From Trichoplax adhaerens (lineage: Eukaryota; Animalia; Placozoa): a stretch of 64,000 nucleotides of DNA. The translations under genes and the position numbers were made by a program. Positions 1 through 14,990 of this stretch are shown in pieces. The stretch spans positions 467,394 through 531,393 of the forward strand of contig NW_002060972.1 of the NCBI RefSeq assembly GCF_000150275.1, written 5' to 3'. Position 1 is the first letter of the stretch. Every line of letters starts with the position of its first letter. The notes beneath the pieces are model-generated. The model was not told where the DNA came from, did not search any database, and saw only the letters and a list, made by a program, of their open reading frames with translations.

Positions 1-3000
1 TACTTTGAAAATAAAGTGTTGTTTCTATTATAAGACATGGTGAATGATTTAATATTGACGTAACGAAGGAGCTGCAATTTGAACGCATGATTAATGAAGC
101 ATTGAATCAAAACCTAATTCTTTGGTCATGGTTCTTGATCAGAATCGTACATCATTTCATTTCAAACAAAAAACTAAGTACTCTATGATCAAAAATCCCA
201 TCCAATATTTTCTTGGGGTACGCTTATATCGTAAAGTTAGTCGAGGTAGCAGAACAAAAATCAATTTCGTGGTCATTATGACTGGTATTCAAGCAAAGAT
301 TAACTGAATATAAATGTTTTTGCTAAATTTTTACATAAAAAACAAAGGGATGTGACGGACGTAAATCCTTGAAAGTGATTTGCGTCTAAAATATTGATAT
401 CTTGTCTCCAATTGTAGTTCTCGTGCTAGAGAAATATGTTTGAGGAAGATAAATTATAAAATTTGGATTACAGATGTCATTAGTCTTTATGGAGTTGGGT
501 AAATAATAATCATTCTTATCTATGAAAGCGTAAATTGTATAAAAGTCGCTATTTACGGAATTAATTAAAGTTGATGTACGATCTACATGGCCTAATAAAA
601 ATACGCAACGATGTCAAACGATCCATCAATCAATCTATCGATCAATCAATCAACCTATAGTAAGGATTATTTGATTTAAAGTAAATTATAAATGGCATTG
701 GTCTCAAATCAACGTTTTAAAGTATTAATAATGATGTTATTGATAAGATTAATGACATCTTCCAATAAATTTTGTGTTTGATTGTATTTTTCTTCAATTT
801 CATGCACGAGATAAAGTGTCCTTCCACATGATTGAAACTGTCAGTCAATTTAGATGGTTATTTGCAAATAGCAATAACAGAAATAGCAAGATAAAGTGAT
901 TTTTTCAGTGACTGTGCAAATTGAATAAACAAATTAATTTGTTAGCAATTCTAAAGTTAACATTAATAATAACTGCCAGGCCCGGTTGTCTCTTGATATC
1001 GGCTAAGTTTACGGCTATTCTTTATTAATAACTACTATCATGACAAGTATGCTACTCATTCTACTAGGAGGACGTGACTGTTAACCTACAATCCAAGTCA
1101 TTTTCATTGAATAGTGAAGATATAGTTATTATCGCTGGAAACTATGAACTTGCTAACTAAATTAGTACGATACAGCTATCGTTATGAAGTAACTTTTATG
1201 TCTTACATTTTCTATGATATTGTCACATAATGTATTAATTGGATTGAATAAATAGCGGAAAAATATTATTAATATTATACTTACAAAATACGTTCAGATC
1301 AACAACCATTGTCCTTTCTTAGCGTTAACAGCTTAAATTGAGAAATTGATTTTTAAGAAATTAAACACTACAATATCTTTATCTATTAATGATTGTTTAG
1401 GAAATTGAAAACTTAAATGAATAGTTGATTAAATAATCTGGGATACAACGATGAGAGAATTAAAGAGTAGGTTAGTAATGCTATTGTTAATGACGAATTT
1501 AGTTTACGGTGCCTTTTATGCTATTTCCACTGGATACCATTTTATAAGGAATATTCTTCCTACCAAAGGTTATTACTGCAAGCTGTCAATGAAAAGTTTA
1601 TGGCAATGATTTCTACTTGCTATTTAGTTAAAGAGTTGCTTAAGGCTTTTTGCATCGCAATACATTGATTTATCTTTAAAAACTCGAAAACAAAGCTTAA
1701 AATCCGCTTTTTTACCTTCTGATCTACTTAAAGTAAAGTAATGCAGCTTCTATATTCAGTTATGGTCTATTTCACAATGTTTTTCATTCAAAATTCACTT
1801 AAAATTTCCATTATTTCTTATTTAATTAAAGACCAGGGCGCGAATTGTTTAATCATGAATATATTACATCGCAGATCGTCAATCAAAATTATAATTACAA
1901 TAAGGCTCGAGAAATTAATAATTTGCATCAAGTTTGGCAGTATTTTTTATTTAAGGTATCAATAATCTGTTCATAAACAATGCTTAAATGGTTTCTTTTT
2001 TCATCAGTTTATACATTGAAACTGTAGAATGTTGCAGCCATTCACTTTCACTTCATTTCCTTCTCTATCAACAATCAATTGAAATACTAAATACTGCTTT
2101 TGATGCCAAAGGTATTAAGCGATCCATGAGCTTGAATGACTTAATTGCATGAATCCAACACTGTATTTTAAAAAACTGAGTTATAGTAACCACAAAAAAG
2201 GAATTGGCGGTCAAGAAGGCCTCAAATAGTGATTATGAATTTCGTACCCAATGAAAGCAGTGAATTAAAATGTCAATATTCAATTTTCCTATACAATCTA
2301 AGTGGTTGGTTTCATTATGAACACTTAAAGCATTCATGAATGAATTGTCTTACTGTAATTGAATTTTATTTGTCTATTCATCGTGCCTTAGTATCTTTGA
2401 AAAGTTATTAGCCAATATGTAGTCACTACATAATGAATGGTCTTGATCACAATTGTTAATTAAGTGATGATAAATTATTATAGATGTCAATAAAATGTGA
2501 TAATAGTCTTAGATTGATTAAACATACGATTGTGATGGATCATTGGTTTACATTGATGTGTCGAAAATTACTCATTCCCACAATTTTCATGCAATTTGTA
2601 CACTTTTTGCTGTATTATCAATTCTAATCCACATGACCATTAAAGAGTGACTAGCTATAGGCAAGCTAATCTATTTAATTTCAGACATAATAAATTTCCT
2701 TCGTACCGAATATTCGGCCCGAATCTGCCGAAACTATTTGAAATGCCTTATTAAATAGATTGTTTTCCTAATTGTAAAATATACTTGCTGGACAAACAGT
2801 GAAAAAGATTTTAATAATTTATTAATGTAATTTTTTGCTATGCAATTTTTAAAACTTTGGCAAAAGTAATACTATCTAGTAAATTGCAAGCTGCACTTGG
2901 TAATGCCAAGTTGATGTTTATTTCCTTAGATTAATAATAGCTATTTTAATAATGTCAGATCGCTCAGTTTATTCATCCTTCTTATCTTTTACTCTTATCA

Positions 3001-6000
3001 AAGTTTAGCAGGTGTTTTCTTTATAACATTAGATTGCTTAGTCTGAATTTAATGAACTAATTACTGATTAATAAAGAGTTAACGGTTGTTCAAGTAGTTA
3101 CTTGCAAGTAATCAATTCGTAACTCAGCATATTGTATCCTTAGAAGCATAAATTATGTTTATGAAGTATTTTCTACTGTCGTATAGCTTAGTCTTTAGAA
3201 TCTTTTTCATGAAAATAAAATTATGAATTATTTCTATAAAAATATTGCTTAGTAATTTTACCAATTAATTACGGATATTTACGATACCAGGAGTAAAATC
3301 ATTAAAATTGTTTAGAATGATTGATTAGCAAATTGTATTTGATACCTGACTATTCTAGGATTACGCAGCAACATCAGTTAGAGATTAAAATGCATGACAA
3401 TATTGTTTAGAAAAAATTTTCACATTGCAGGAATGATTTAATATGGAAAGGTAAGAATAGGCTACTAACACAATAGAATAAGCGGAACAGTATAATATTG
3501 GTACTTACGTAAACGTTACTACTGTCTTACAAATTCTCCTTGTTCTATTCCGATTGCGTGATATCTACCTTAGAATAAAATTACTGTCTACGCTGATATG
3601 CAATCATCGTGAATTGTTATCCAATTACTTCCTTTAATATAGACGTCATCAAGTTATTTAATGGTTAACAGTCATAGGTAAGTTTTATGTTCTGCGATTA
3701 TGAATATGATTTCCAGCGGATATAATTATCGCATACATTATAGATAATATTGACAATAATGTATTGCCCAGTTTTAGCATGGCTGATTCATTAATACTTC
3801 AACGTTTGGAAAAGGCATTTTTATTTAAACCATATTAAGTGAGCAGTATTGAATAATCTTTTCTACGTTTTCTGAATGACATAGAATGAGAGCGCTATAA
3901 TAAAAGTTTGCTTCGAATAAGATTAAATGACTTCGAACTGATTAATTCAAAAATAATTTGATATACTTAATTAAATAAGGAGAGCAAGGGATTCAAGCCT
4001 CACATAACTATTTTTAAAAGTAAGGCACTAAATGCATAAGATTAGAATTAAAATTTGCACTTTCTATAAGGTATATGAGATCTTTCAAGCTCCGCATGTT
4101 TCTTGGTGGTACGCATTCAATCTATATTAAATTATGGTTATTCGCTTCTTAACATTGCAAACACCATAAAAATTTATGTATTCTTATAGTTAATATAATA
4201 TTTAATGGTTTCTCTTCCATAGAATATGAGATGTAGCGAGAAGTATAATTTCTTGTTAGCATAGGATGATTTAAAGGCTAGAAAGTAGTTCAAAAATTAC
4301 TATATTAGGCTGTTTTTTTTTAATTCTGTCTACTCTATTAGTTCACTAAATAATAACCATTTCCATTAAACTACGCCAACTTCGCTATCAGTTATCAGTT
4401 TACTTGTATAAACTTTTCATAATAGTTCCTAATGTAAGCCTATTCATGGCTGGCTAGCAAACAGCTTTAATAATTTTACATAAGCTTAAAAATGTGCCTA
4501 AAGCAATGATTTTGGTAACACGGAAACTCTTTCTTTACAGGTCTAAATACCAAATGGAGTATGAATTTACTTGGGAGATGAAATTGCTTAGTATTGATGT
4601 TGCATATGGAATAATTATAATTCTGCATGCCATCATAGTATAATGTTCCACTTATCATTGATTGAATGCGCTACTTCTACTAGATTGCTAATGAAATATC
4701 AGCAAGTAAGCAGCAAAAAACTTTTATGGCTCAAAATACGCCGCCAAAGTTTCTTTCAAACATCTTCTCGTTATATTTTCTAATAAAGTTTCATCAAATA
4801 TCGATCAAACCTGATGTTATAAATATTCCTTATTGAATACGGCACACCAACGATTATTACACAATAATACTTCATGGGAATGTTTCTGTACTTTTTATTT
4901 AATTCATACTGCTATAAAATTTTAGTTCTTTCTGTCACTCATGTTTTTGAATCGTGAAATTACAGCATCTTGTACACAATGTTACTATTCCGAAATATAG
5001 ATACTAAATTGCTAAAGATGCTTGTTATGCGCTAATATCTGCAAATTATTAATATGCTCGATTACTTGTCACATAATTTTCAAGTCTGACATTTAAAGGC
5101 AGCAGTAATAGTATACTATTACTGCTTTAAATTGTTAGCCTGATTACTACTTTCTAATTTATAGCATGTCGTAACTTATTAAGTATCTTTCAAAAGCTGT
5201 CTACATCACAATTAGAATGATGCTGGGCAATTAAGTATCATAAAAATTACTTACACCACATTGGTAGAGCTTAGCATATCTTAAGGTAATAAGTAGAGTT
5301 TACTATTTCTACTCTTGTTTAAAGCAGCGTTTTCAGTTGTCTTCTAGAATTCAAAGATCACGTAACGTTAGAATATCAGCTATACAAGATTGCTGAATAC
5401 AAGAAGATTTCGAGTTCAATAAGATGTATGCAATTAGATTTTAAAGTTCATAGAATACATTAACCTTATTTTTTTACATGAGAGTGAGTTAATGATTCGG
5501 TTAAAATAAAATTTGATACCAAAATAATTTACTCTTGCAAGACATTCAATTTATTTTTCCGTGGACTATGATCTTATCAGTTTTTGTACAAAATCGACAA
5601 AAATGAAGATCTGGGAAAGTCGTATAATGAATAATTTTATTTTATTGTTATTTTCAAAAGTAAAGCTAGTGGCTTAGCATTTATTTGCTTGCAGCCAAGT
5701 GCCGACGTCAGAATAGATTTTACATTTTACCCTAGAAAATCATAATAAAGACTTTACTAGAATCTGTAGCTATATTACATAAAAGACATAAGCTTTTAAA
5801 AAGCAAATATGATGGATAAAAGCAAAGATCCAAAAAAAGGCGAATGAAAAATTTTTTAAATAATGAGAACTTGTTTATCCCTTGTTTAACCTACGCAAAA
5901 ATTTTTAGACATAAATCAAGAATAACAATAGAACATAGAAATATTTTTCATAATTGTTTAAAGAATGAAATGTTTTCTTAATGACCCACTGCTAATCTAA

Positions 6001-9000
6001 ATGTATCTCATTCTTAAAAATAATCGTCATGTAAAATTTGTATCAATTCGTAAGTAACTTTTATTCGTCACAGAAAGCGAGAATTTTCAGTTTACTGAAA
6101 GCATTTAAGCCTGAAGCACATTCAGAAATGTAGAATTCTTAACAAGTAGCAATCTCTCGGTTGGATACTTCTACACAAGGCAGAGGCTATTCCTAAAGGA
6201 ATAATAGTATATATGCTTTTGGAATAATAGGCCAACTGCCGAAAGTAGAATTAATAAGCAAACATAATTAGGCGAGGTGTGTCATGGGTTTAAATACAGA
6301 CATGAGTCCCTGGGGTGCTAGTGCTAACAGAATAATCCCAAATTATTTGGCTAGGATGAGAAACGATACGTATACAAGGTTACTAATCTTGCACCTAAGG
6401 ATGCCCAAACAGTTTCTAGTAAGAGAAAAAATATGTCGTGTAGCTGCTTATATTTTCGACTGGAGAAAGGATTGTTTTGTTGATACAATATTTTCAATAA
6501 ACATATCTACCACCTATACAATCATATCTGTATTAAATGTTCCTCATTTATCTACTAAAATCGTGCAGATCTATAATATTAAAATTAGCTGTTATTCAGA
6601 TTGAGAAATTTAAATATTTTCACCATATGATAGACTGTCTACCACTATGCATGCATTCTTATTCTCTAAAGAAATATGGTCTTAGATGATTGTGCTCGCT
6701 GCAAGTACTAATGCTTAACTTTAAATACGTCATGTCTTACAGAAGCTTATTCGTAACATATTTTAACTTTTGCTTAAGATTTTATCCTTTCACTCGATAC
6801 GGAGACTTGCCGTAGTTCATGCTTGTAGTAATCAAATCGTGCATTTTATGGTGTGATTGAAAATCATGTCATCTGATAATGCCAGGTCAGTAGTCAAATT
6901 TAAATGTTATTTACTCAATCCAATCTGCCTTCGCGATTATTATAAGTACATGTGCATTAGCTTTTATTTTATTTTAAAAGACTGCAAGGTAGCTGCTACG
7001 CATATAGGTGGAGCTAAGCAAGCAATTCTTACAGTCTTCTTTATGACAGTCTATCGATGTTCAAACCTTTCACCATATGTTGTAGGTTAGGTATAATTTG
7101 AAGAGGGTGTTGGAGATGACAGCAATATGATTGCTTAAAAATAACTCAGTATGGGGTAACTATCACTTGAAAGAGTGGCATTGGACAAACTAAAACCAGC
7201 ATAGAAACAGACGACAGGGTTGATCTGCAATTAAAACTTCATGACTTTTAACTATTTTATTATACTAGCCTGATCTTGCCAAACAACGCTATTGGAATGT
7301 CAAGGTCAATATAATTGCTATAGTCTGACATTAATAAATTATAATGACTCTACCAGAAAGTTCCTATTATTTTAAGTTACCAACGAGTAGTCTAGCCCTA
7401 ATTTATAAGAACTCCGAGTCTCTATTCTAGTTTTTGTCTCCTTTACATTCTGGTCAACTGTTACTAAAAACAAAAAATATGTTTCTGTTAGTCAGTAACG
7501 TCACGCTAGTAATTAATAAACTTATAGTGGTAGTCATAAAGTTGCATCGACAATAATACATATTAACATATCAAATGATTGAATATAACATCGATCAACA
7601 GCAAGCTAGGAATAAATGTGATTATAATCGCAATCTAAGACTAACGTCAATATAACGTATAATAAAATCAAGAGCATGAACATAATATGCACGCCAACGT
7701 GCTGTAAGACTTAAAAAAAATCAGACTATATCGTAATCTTTCGAAGCACCAATATCGCATTAAATTGTATTATATTTTAGACATAATGAGGATCCATTTA
7801 GAATATATTATTAAATCAGTATCTCAATGTCAATTTTACTAGTAATAAATGATGCGATCGTTAGCATTCTCGTTAATGCTCAATAAATAAACGCTACTTT
7901 CGTAAACCGTCAGTTGTAATATCTCATGGAAGGTAGCAAGGTAGCTTTAACAGAACTAGAGTAAATTCGGCTACTTTAATCTATCTGCATTCTTTTAATT
8001 TACTTTATTCGCATTTTTTTTAAAGTAAAGCTACTATAATGAGCTTATGATACTGCAGATAATAGATGGCATTAGCGTCAGCTTAACTTGAAACCGAATG
8101 GGGTCTTTCCAGGAATAATTATCGTCCTTTTTGTCATCTCATGAAATCTTCACTTATAAAGCGAGTAATGGCTCATTTTTTATTTAATATCATATTCATA
8201 TTTTGCGACATTCATTATTAATTGGATAAGTATTTTACCAACCAGAACATCAGAGATGGATTGTTAATTATCATTTATTCATTCCGTAATTAGATTGAAA
8301 GTTTTAGGCGTGTCTTAAAGCATACCAGTTGGCTCGTCCGAAGAAAAAATTTCTATTCTTAATTATTATTTCGTCATAACTACTAGTAAAGACTTGATTT
8401 TAGCCCCATTATATCAGTAGCTATAATAAAATATTTTATTACTGATATCTATCAAAATCTTATATTTAGCGGTATAAAATCAATTCATTAGCTACAATTC
8501 ATTCGAATATAGCTGCGACGATGAACTAGAAAAGTGCATCTTTAATATTCTTATCAGTAGCGTTTTAAATTCTCTTCAGCATAGCTTAACTGTTTCTAAA
8601 TTCGTAACTTTCGCTTCATATCTAGACAAAATGTGTATTTAAGCGTAGCCTACCAATAATGTATCTGTTATATGTTGCTAATGTCTGTCTAGATTTAAGT
8701 TTTATTCCGTGATTTTGATTGATTGAATTAATTGCACCGTCTGTCACAGATGTATGCCGCTAATTCAAATAAACAGGTTTAGGCATTATTATCAAATCCC
8801 CATGTCTCCCAGGTATATCCTTGAATAATTATCTAAAGTACCACACCTCCTTATCGAGATTGTAGTAGTACTTGGAGGATTAATATTGCATATTTATAGT
8901 TTGCTTGTAGTACAACCACAGTCTTAAAATTTGTTGCTACGGAATAAAATCATCATTTAAGAAGACCTCTTGCTGGACATCAAGTTACGGTTAATAACCA

Positions 9001-9170
9001 TAATTGATTGGCTGTGGTTGAAATTGAGCATCTTATCAAAGTAGTCATTTGTGGATCTACTGATACATATTTTAAGTGATTAAGAACAGTAAAAGTCAGC
9101 AATTGACCGATAAAATATCAAATTTACTGGTGGATTTGAATATAATCGTTCCAAACTAAACCACTTCGCC

Positions 9171-12100
9171 ATGGGGATATTAAGTCGTAAACTAGTCATA
9201 TTTATGACTTTATTTGAATTAGTTGCAATTATTCTGTTTGCTGTATTTGTGAGATTTGATAAGGTTGCTTTACCAGGATCGCTCGCAGTATCGATTCCTG
9301 GAGTCACTTATGCTAGTAAGTATCTTCTAATTTTTGCTTATATAAGACTAATGCAACAGGTATACAATTGAGGATAGTCATCACAAAAAGTTCATACTTA
9401 ATTAATAGTTCATATGGTAGCTGGAATGATGTAATCCAGCTAAATGATACTTTGTGTTGATTTTACCTAGCTGTAAAAATGACATGCTTTCTATTTTCTG
9501 TAGGATAGAATATACTAAGATAATTATTATACAATTTGTCATGACAATGTCAGGCTGTATTCAAATTTTTTGGTTAAATTATTACTTGATTTGCCTTAAA
9601 TCATGGTCTGACTTTAGCTATATCAATTTATAAACCAACTTAAGAACTTAATCAATTTTAGCTATAAGTCATCATATTTAATACTTGATTTGGATTGCAG
9701 TGTTTCAGGATATCCATGTTATGATCTTTATCGGTTTTGGCTTCTTGATGACCTTTTTGAAAAAGTATTCCTTCAGTAGTGTCGGATTCAATTTACTGCT
9801 CGCCTCTTTCGTAATCCAATGGTCGACTCTTATGTTGGGATTTTGTCATCATTGGTCTAATTTTAGTATCATTACCATCAAAACAGAGGAGTAAGTTTAT
9901 ACTTATTCGCATACTTTGGAAAAGTATAGTCATTTCTTATGTCTTAAATATGAAAAATGTCAATTTCTGTTACTAGTAAACTGCCTTCAAACCATTAGTA
10001 ACATGTCATAGCATAATAAATTAAAATGCATCCATCTACTAGACTAATGGTTCATTGCTACAGTATCTGATACTAAAATCTTTGCCTACGGTAGAATCAT
10101 CAAAGTCGTCCCAAACTGAAAAGTACATAATATGGTGTAAAGCAATTAACTGATACTAACAACCATTTAACAAGTGCTTTTATTTAATGCTTCTTGTCGG
10201 CTGAATCTTACAGTAGATAGTTTACTAGCGTCGTAATTATCGCGTTAATCACATATCCATGGGATATACTACCGTACTGAATATCAATGCTATACTAAGC
10301 TAAAAATACTATACATTTACTACATTGCACAATCATCTTATTATTTCGTAATGCAAGAATTTTTATACCCTAATCAAGGGCCCTTTTGTTTTCATGTCAA
10401 TATGCTGCTTGCTTAGCTGACCAATAGCTTGAATGTCTAGTAGTGGCCTGATTCCCTCCTTTAGCGATGTTCATTTGTTATCATAGTATGTGATCTTTTT
10501 CTAGGCTTACAGCTATAGCTTCATGCTGGTTAATACATTTTAAATATCTCCAAAACCCTATTATACTGTGCATCGGCTTACCTGACTTATTCTATTATAA
10601 TTATTAAACTTTAATGCGATTAATTTTCTCAGCTGGATCCCCACCAGCTCTGTCAGTGTCTTTCAAGTAGTCAAAGACGGACATTAATAGTGGATAATGG
10701 TAATTCAGTTGGCTTTGATCAGCTGGAAAATGAGACATTTTAAATGCTGCTGACTAGATAATATTGTACCAAAATCATAATCCCCTTACAAGTTTATTTT
10801 TATAAAATTTTTTATCACTATCAATATGCAACGGAATCTAAGCATAAATATGATCCAACTCAATTAGGCTTAGTTTGTAATTCTATTTGCCAAATATGAC
10901 GCAAGCATTTATTTATTGTAATAAAAGTGTCATAAAATGTTTGTCTTAGTATAGTAACTTCTATTATTAGATCGTCTATCGTTACTCTTAAAGCGGCTTC
11001 AATTAGTGGATTCGGGTAATAACCATGTTTATTACATTTATTAGAAGGATTACATGTAGATCTAATAGAAGCAGTAAAACTGGTGGCAAACTACTGCCTT
11101 AGGGTATCTCTAAACTAAATTTTAATCCCTCTCTGTCCATCTCTCTTTATCAAAGAATCTAATCTTGTTTAAATACCAACACGATTTACGTCAATTCCAA
11201 ATCAACATCTCCTGACACAGCAGGCATCTGTCATCATATTATTAGTACAAATTCGGCTTTCTTCTATTTCGCAATATAAATCATTGATTTGTCATGCTAA
11301 CTAATTTAACTCTAAAGTATAATTGTCATCGTAGTATTACTTCAATATGACGACCTTTCAACCAATCAAGTTAGTAATAATGCAAGTATTCAAGTAAATC
11401 CACCATTACTTCCTCGAAAATTCACATTCTCAAATAATTTCTATAACCACCTATCAGTAGAGATTCTCACATTTTGTCAACATATTTGTCAACATGTCTG
11501 ATTCTAATTAATTCGTCAACAGATTCATTGACCTCACCTTAGATGTGAAATGTCTACACCACACTTTGTCGATATAAAATTAAAAAAGTGATAATTAATT
11601 AGAATAGGAATTGATCTAAAGCATCCTAAGCTCGAAAGAACTAAAGTCTAGTCTACAGTATGCTCATCTTACGGTTCTTAAAAAATTTCTTCTGATCTGT
11701 TTAAGGCAATAAAGTTGCCTACTATCAGACTGGAGTCATCAATTAATCCAATACAAATATTCTACGCCTCAAGGTGTTGTGCACTTTCATAGTTAAAGTA
11801 CATAAAGTCACATAGATCTATTTCCCATACTGTACTTAAGTAAATTGCCTATATTATTAATCAATAATTTCTAATATAGTAATTAACAATCATCTAATTG
11901 TTTATCACCGCGACCATATCTACTATTAGAAACCATTCTATATCAAATGTAGCTATCAAATATAACAAAATATAGGATGCATCACTTCATTACATTAAAA
12001 AGTACGCTCGAATAAAGAACGTAATTGAGTTTTAAAAATTTTCGGAAATAAATTGGGTAATTCCTTTAGCAAGAGACAATTCCAATGATTTTGTTCAGCT

Positions 12101-14990
12101 AAAGTAAATTATTAAGGGATTATGTTAGGCTTAATTCGGTATCGATTCACTTTCAACATAATTGAAAAATTATAAAACTAATTCAACATTAGTGGTACGA
12201 GCTAATTCATCCATTATTTACCTGTTATGATCATCATAAATCTATGGCATACACACTTAATTATGAAGAAGATTAGTTCCACCAGTACATTTAATGCAAG
12301 AAACTAACCAGACTATCTAATTATAATTGATTGATGAATGGATAATTATTCACCATGATATAGATTGAATAGTTACGGTCTACAATATATTGTTATTAAT
12401 TTCAAAGTTGTATTTTGATTACCGTCGATTGTTCACCTTATAAAATCTAGAATTTCAAACAGACTAGATGATTAATGAAGTTTTGTACTTGGCTAATTTA
12501 TTTAATTTGGACTGTAGATAATTTGCTCTAATTTCATTTTCAGTTTAATCGGCTCTGATATCTGTGCCGCTGCAGTCCTGATCTCTTTTGGAGCTGTGCT
12601 CGGCAAGACATCACCATTGCAATTAATGGTCATGGCACTCCTTGAAGTTATATTTTATGCTGTCAACGAAACTATATGCTTTCAGTATCTAAAAATTAGT
12701 GATATGGGTGGATCTATCGTTATTCATGCTTTTGGAGCTTACTTTGGTCTGGCAGTCGCGCTAGTAATGAACAAAAAAGAGGCAGTTGATAATCCAAACG
12801 AAGGATCTTCTTATCAATCGGATTTATCAGCAATGATCGGTTAGAGATGATTTAGAGTGTACATTCTATAACATTTATCGCGTAGTCACGAAATTTCAAA
12901 TTTTATTCAAGGTATACGTCTAGAATTTAGCAACATCAATCTTTAAATTTTATTTTATCAGTAACACTGGAATTTATAGATGTACTGTATTCATTCCAAA
13001 AACTTAGATAATTGATTTCAGTAAATTTTGCTAATATTGAGCAATGACTTTTAGCTAAACTATTTAGCGCTTAATGATTATGTAATACATTATGTCAACT
13101 ACTATACAAATATCGGCGAGTTTGCTAATACTTTTACAAAAATTGTTGTAAATGGTCTATCATATTGTCGATTATTTAGCATGAACAGCAAATAATACTT
13201 TTCTCGCTGGCAATAGGTACTGTCTTTCTTTGGATATTTTGGCCTGGCTTTAATGCAGGCTTAGCATCAGGAGATCAGCAACAGCGAGCTGTCTTTAATA
13301 CTTACTTTGCATTAGCAGCTTGCACATGCACTAGCTTTGTTATAAGCTCGCTTATTGATCGTGAAGGAAGATATCGAATGGTAAGTGAACGCTATTAATT
13401 TACAGTATAATCGCTTCAAAATTTGCTTGCAAGATGACTTTGAGCTTTCTTTAAATTTATTATAGACTTATTGCTTTGCATTTTGACTTAGGTACACGTA
13501 CAAAATTCCACTTTAGCTGGAGGTGTTGCCGTTGGTGCTTCTGCAAATATGCTTTTGCCTATTTGGCTAAGCATGCTAACGGGTATCATTGCCGGTATCA
13601 TCAGCGTCATTGGATACGACTATATTACGGTAAGCTATTAATAGTAATATTCAGTAGCTGCTAACATCTTACCTACAGCTACTTTGTAGAGTCTAAGTTA
13701 AAATTAAACGTGTCATTTCATTTTCTTTAGCAGAAATGAGTACTTTTATGTCGTGAAAATGATATTTTCATTTATTGCGTAGCAGAAAGAGAGAAATTTT
13801 ATTATATTAGCGCAATCACTCAGTTTGCTCAATGTTAAGCTTCAATCAAAGGGTACTCTTACTCCTTATTTTCGATTTAGTTTCGCTGCATCCTAAGACA
13901 ATTGAATGTTTGATTTCGATTATTAATTATAATTGAAATATCATTACCTGCATCAATCGTCTATTAATTCATGAGTAATAAATTTGCTAGCATATGTTTA
14001 GCTAATACAAAGATCTAGCCGTTTCATTATTTAGATACAGAATAGATGGCATAGATAATTAAGGAAATTAGTTTATTTTCATTGTCACTTTTCTCTGATT
14101 TGGATCAATACAGCCTTTTTTGGCTAAGAAACGAATTCATGACACATGTGGTGTGAATAATTTGCATGGTATGCCAGCCTTGATTGCCGCAATACTTAGC
14201 ATCATTATGGCATCATTGGCCCATTTTAATCAATACGAACAAAGGCAAGTTCGTCGGGATTATAATTTTAACAATTCAATTTCTGATAGCTATATAGTGA
14301 CGAAATTTGGCTGATTTAAACCCATTAATTGATAGGACTAACTATTGATCTATTTTAATATGATATGCCTAACAGCTTATACAGTATATTCCCTGCTCGA
14401 ACTCCATCAAATCTGAACATGACTTTACCAGCTGGTGCTATAGATATTCCTGGTGAACCTGTAACTGCAGCAGGGCAAGCTGGCTTGCAAGCCGCTGGAA
14501 TTGGAGTAACACTAGCTATCTCCATCGCATCTGGATTAATTACAGGTAGCTCTGCTTCTCTATGTTTGCATATTTATATGCATCTGCGAAAAGTCATGTG
14601 TACTTATTGATGCTATTGCATCTTCAGTGAATACAACTGTATCTTAGTATTTACCTATATACCTCCTCCATTTTCGTTAGGTTGTATCATCAGACTGTCA
14701 ATATTTGATGAAGTCCGTACCGAAGATTACTATCTAGATTCTCCACATTGGGAGGTAATATGCTGAATGGTTACGGTAGTTTTCCTACATTTCTAGGGCC
14801 AATTTGGAAATACTAGTCATTATGAAAGTAGAATTCGCGTTTTTCATTCATTTACTGATCAAATAATATTTAAATAATACTAGTCTGATAACATAATGTG
14901 AAACTAATATAGATTCCTGATGAGGACGATAACATTACGGTGACCCAGGATGACCGAGGAAGCAAAACCAAAACTTCGGAAGTGGTATAA
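9171..14990 (+). CDS. Rh glycoprotein / ammonium transporter Rh type (Amt/Mep/Rh family), paralog 1; 9 exons, ~461 aa
   Basis: Hand-spliced, in-frame exons: 9171-9315, 9701-9890, 12544-12839, 13217-13380, 13492-13629, 14114-14244, 14376-14545, 14681-14754, 14913-14990. Rh motifs [75 protein letters not shown]. Intron 6 has a GC donor. Confidence 0.96.

Noticed and set aside
122-307. KNPIQYFLGVRLYRK resembles GPCR TM7 NPxxY plus helix 8
   Set aside because: No hydrophobic TM7 in frame and no recoverable upstream helices; at best a heavily decayed relic.
4476-4900. Possible decayed GPCR on the minus strand
   Set aside because: Only vague hydrophobic fragments, with no diagnostic motifs.
6284-6604. 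106-aa ORF and the other short ORFs in the track outside the called genes
   Set aside because: No recognisable motifs; they are either antisense or alternate frames of real exons, or expected by chance.
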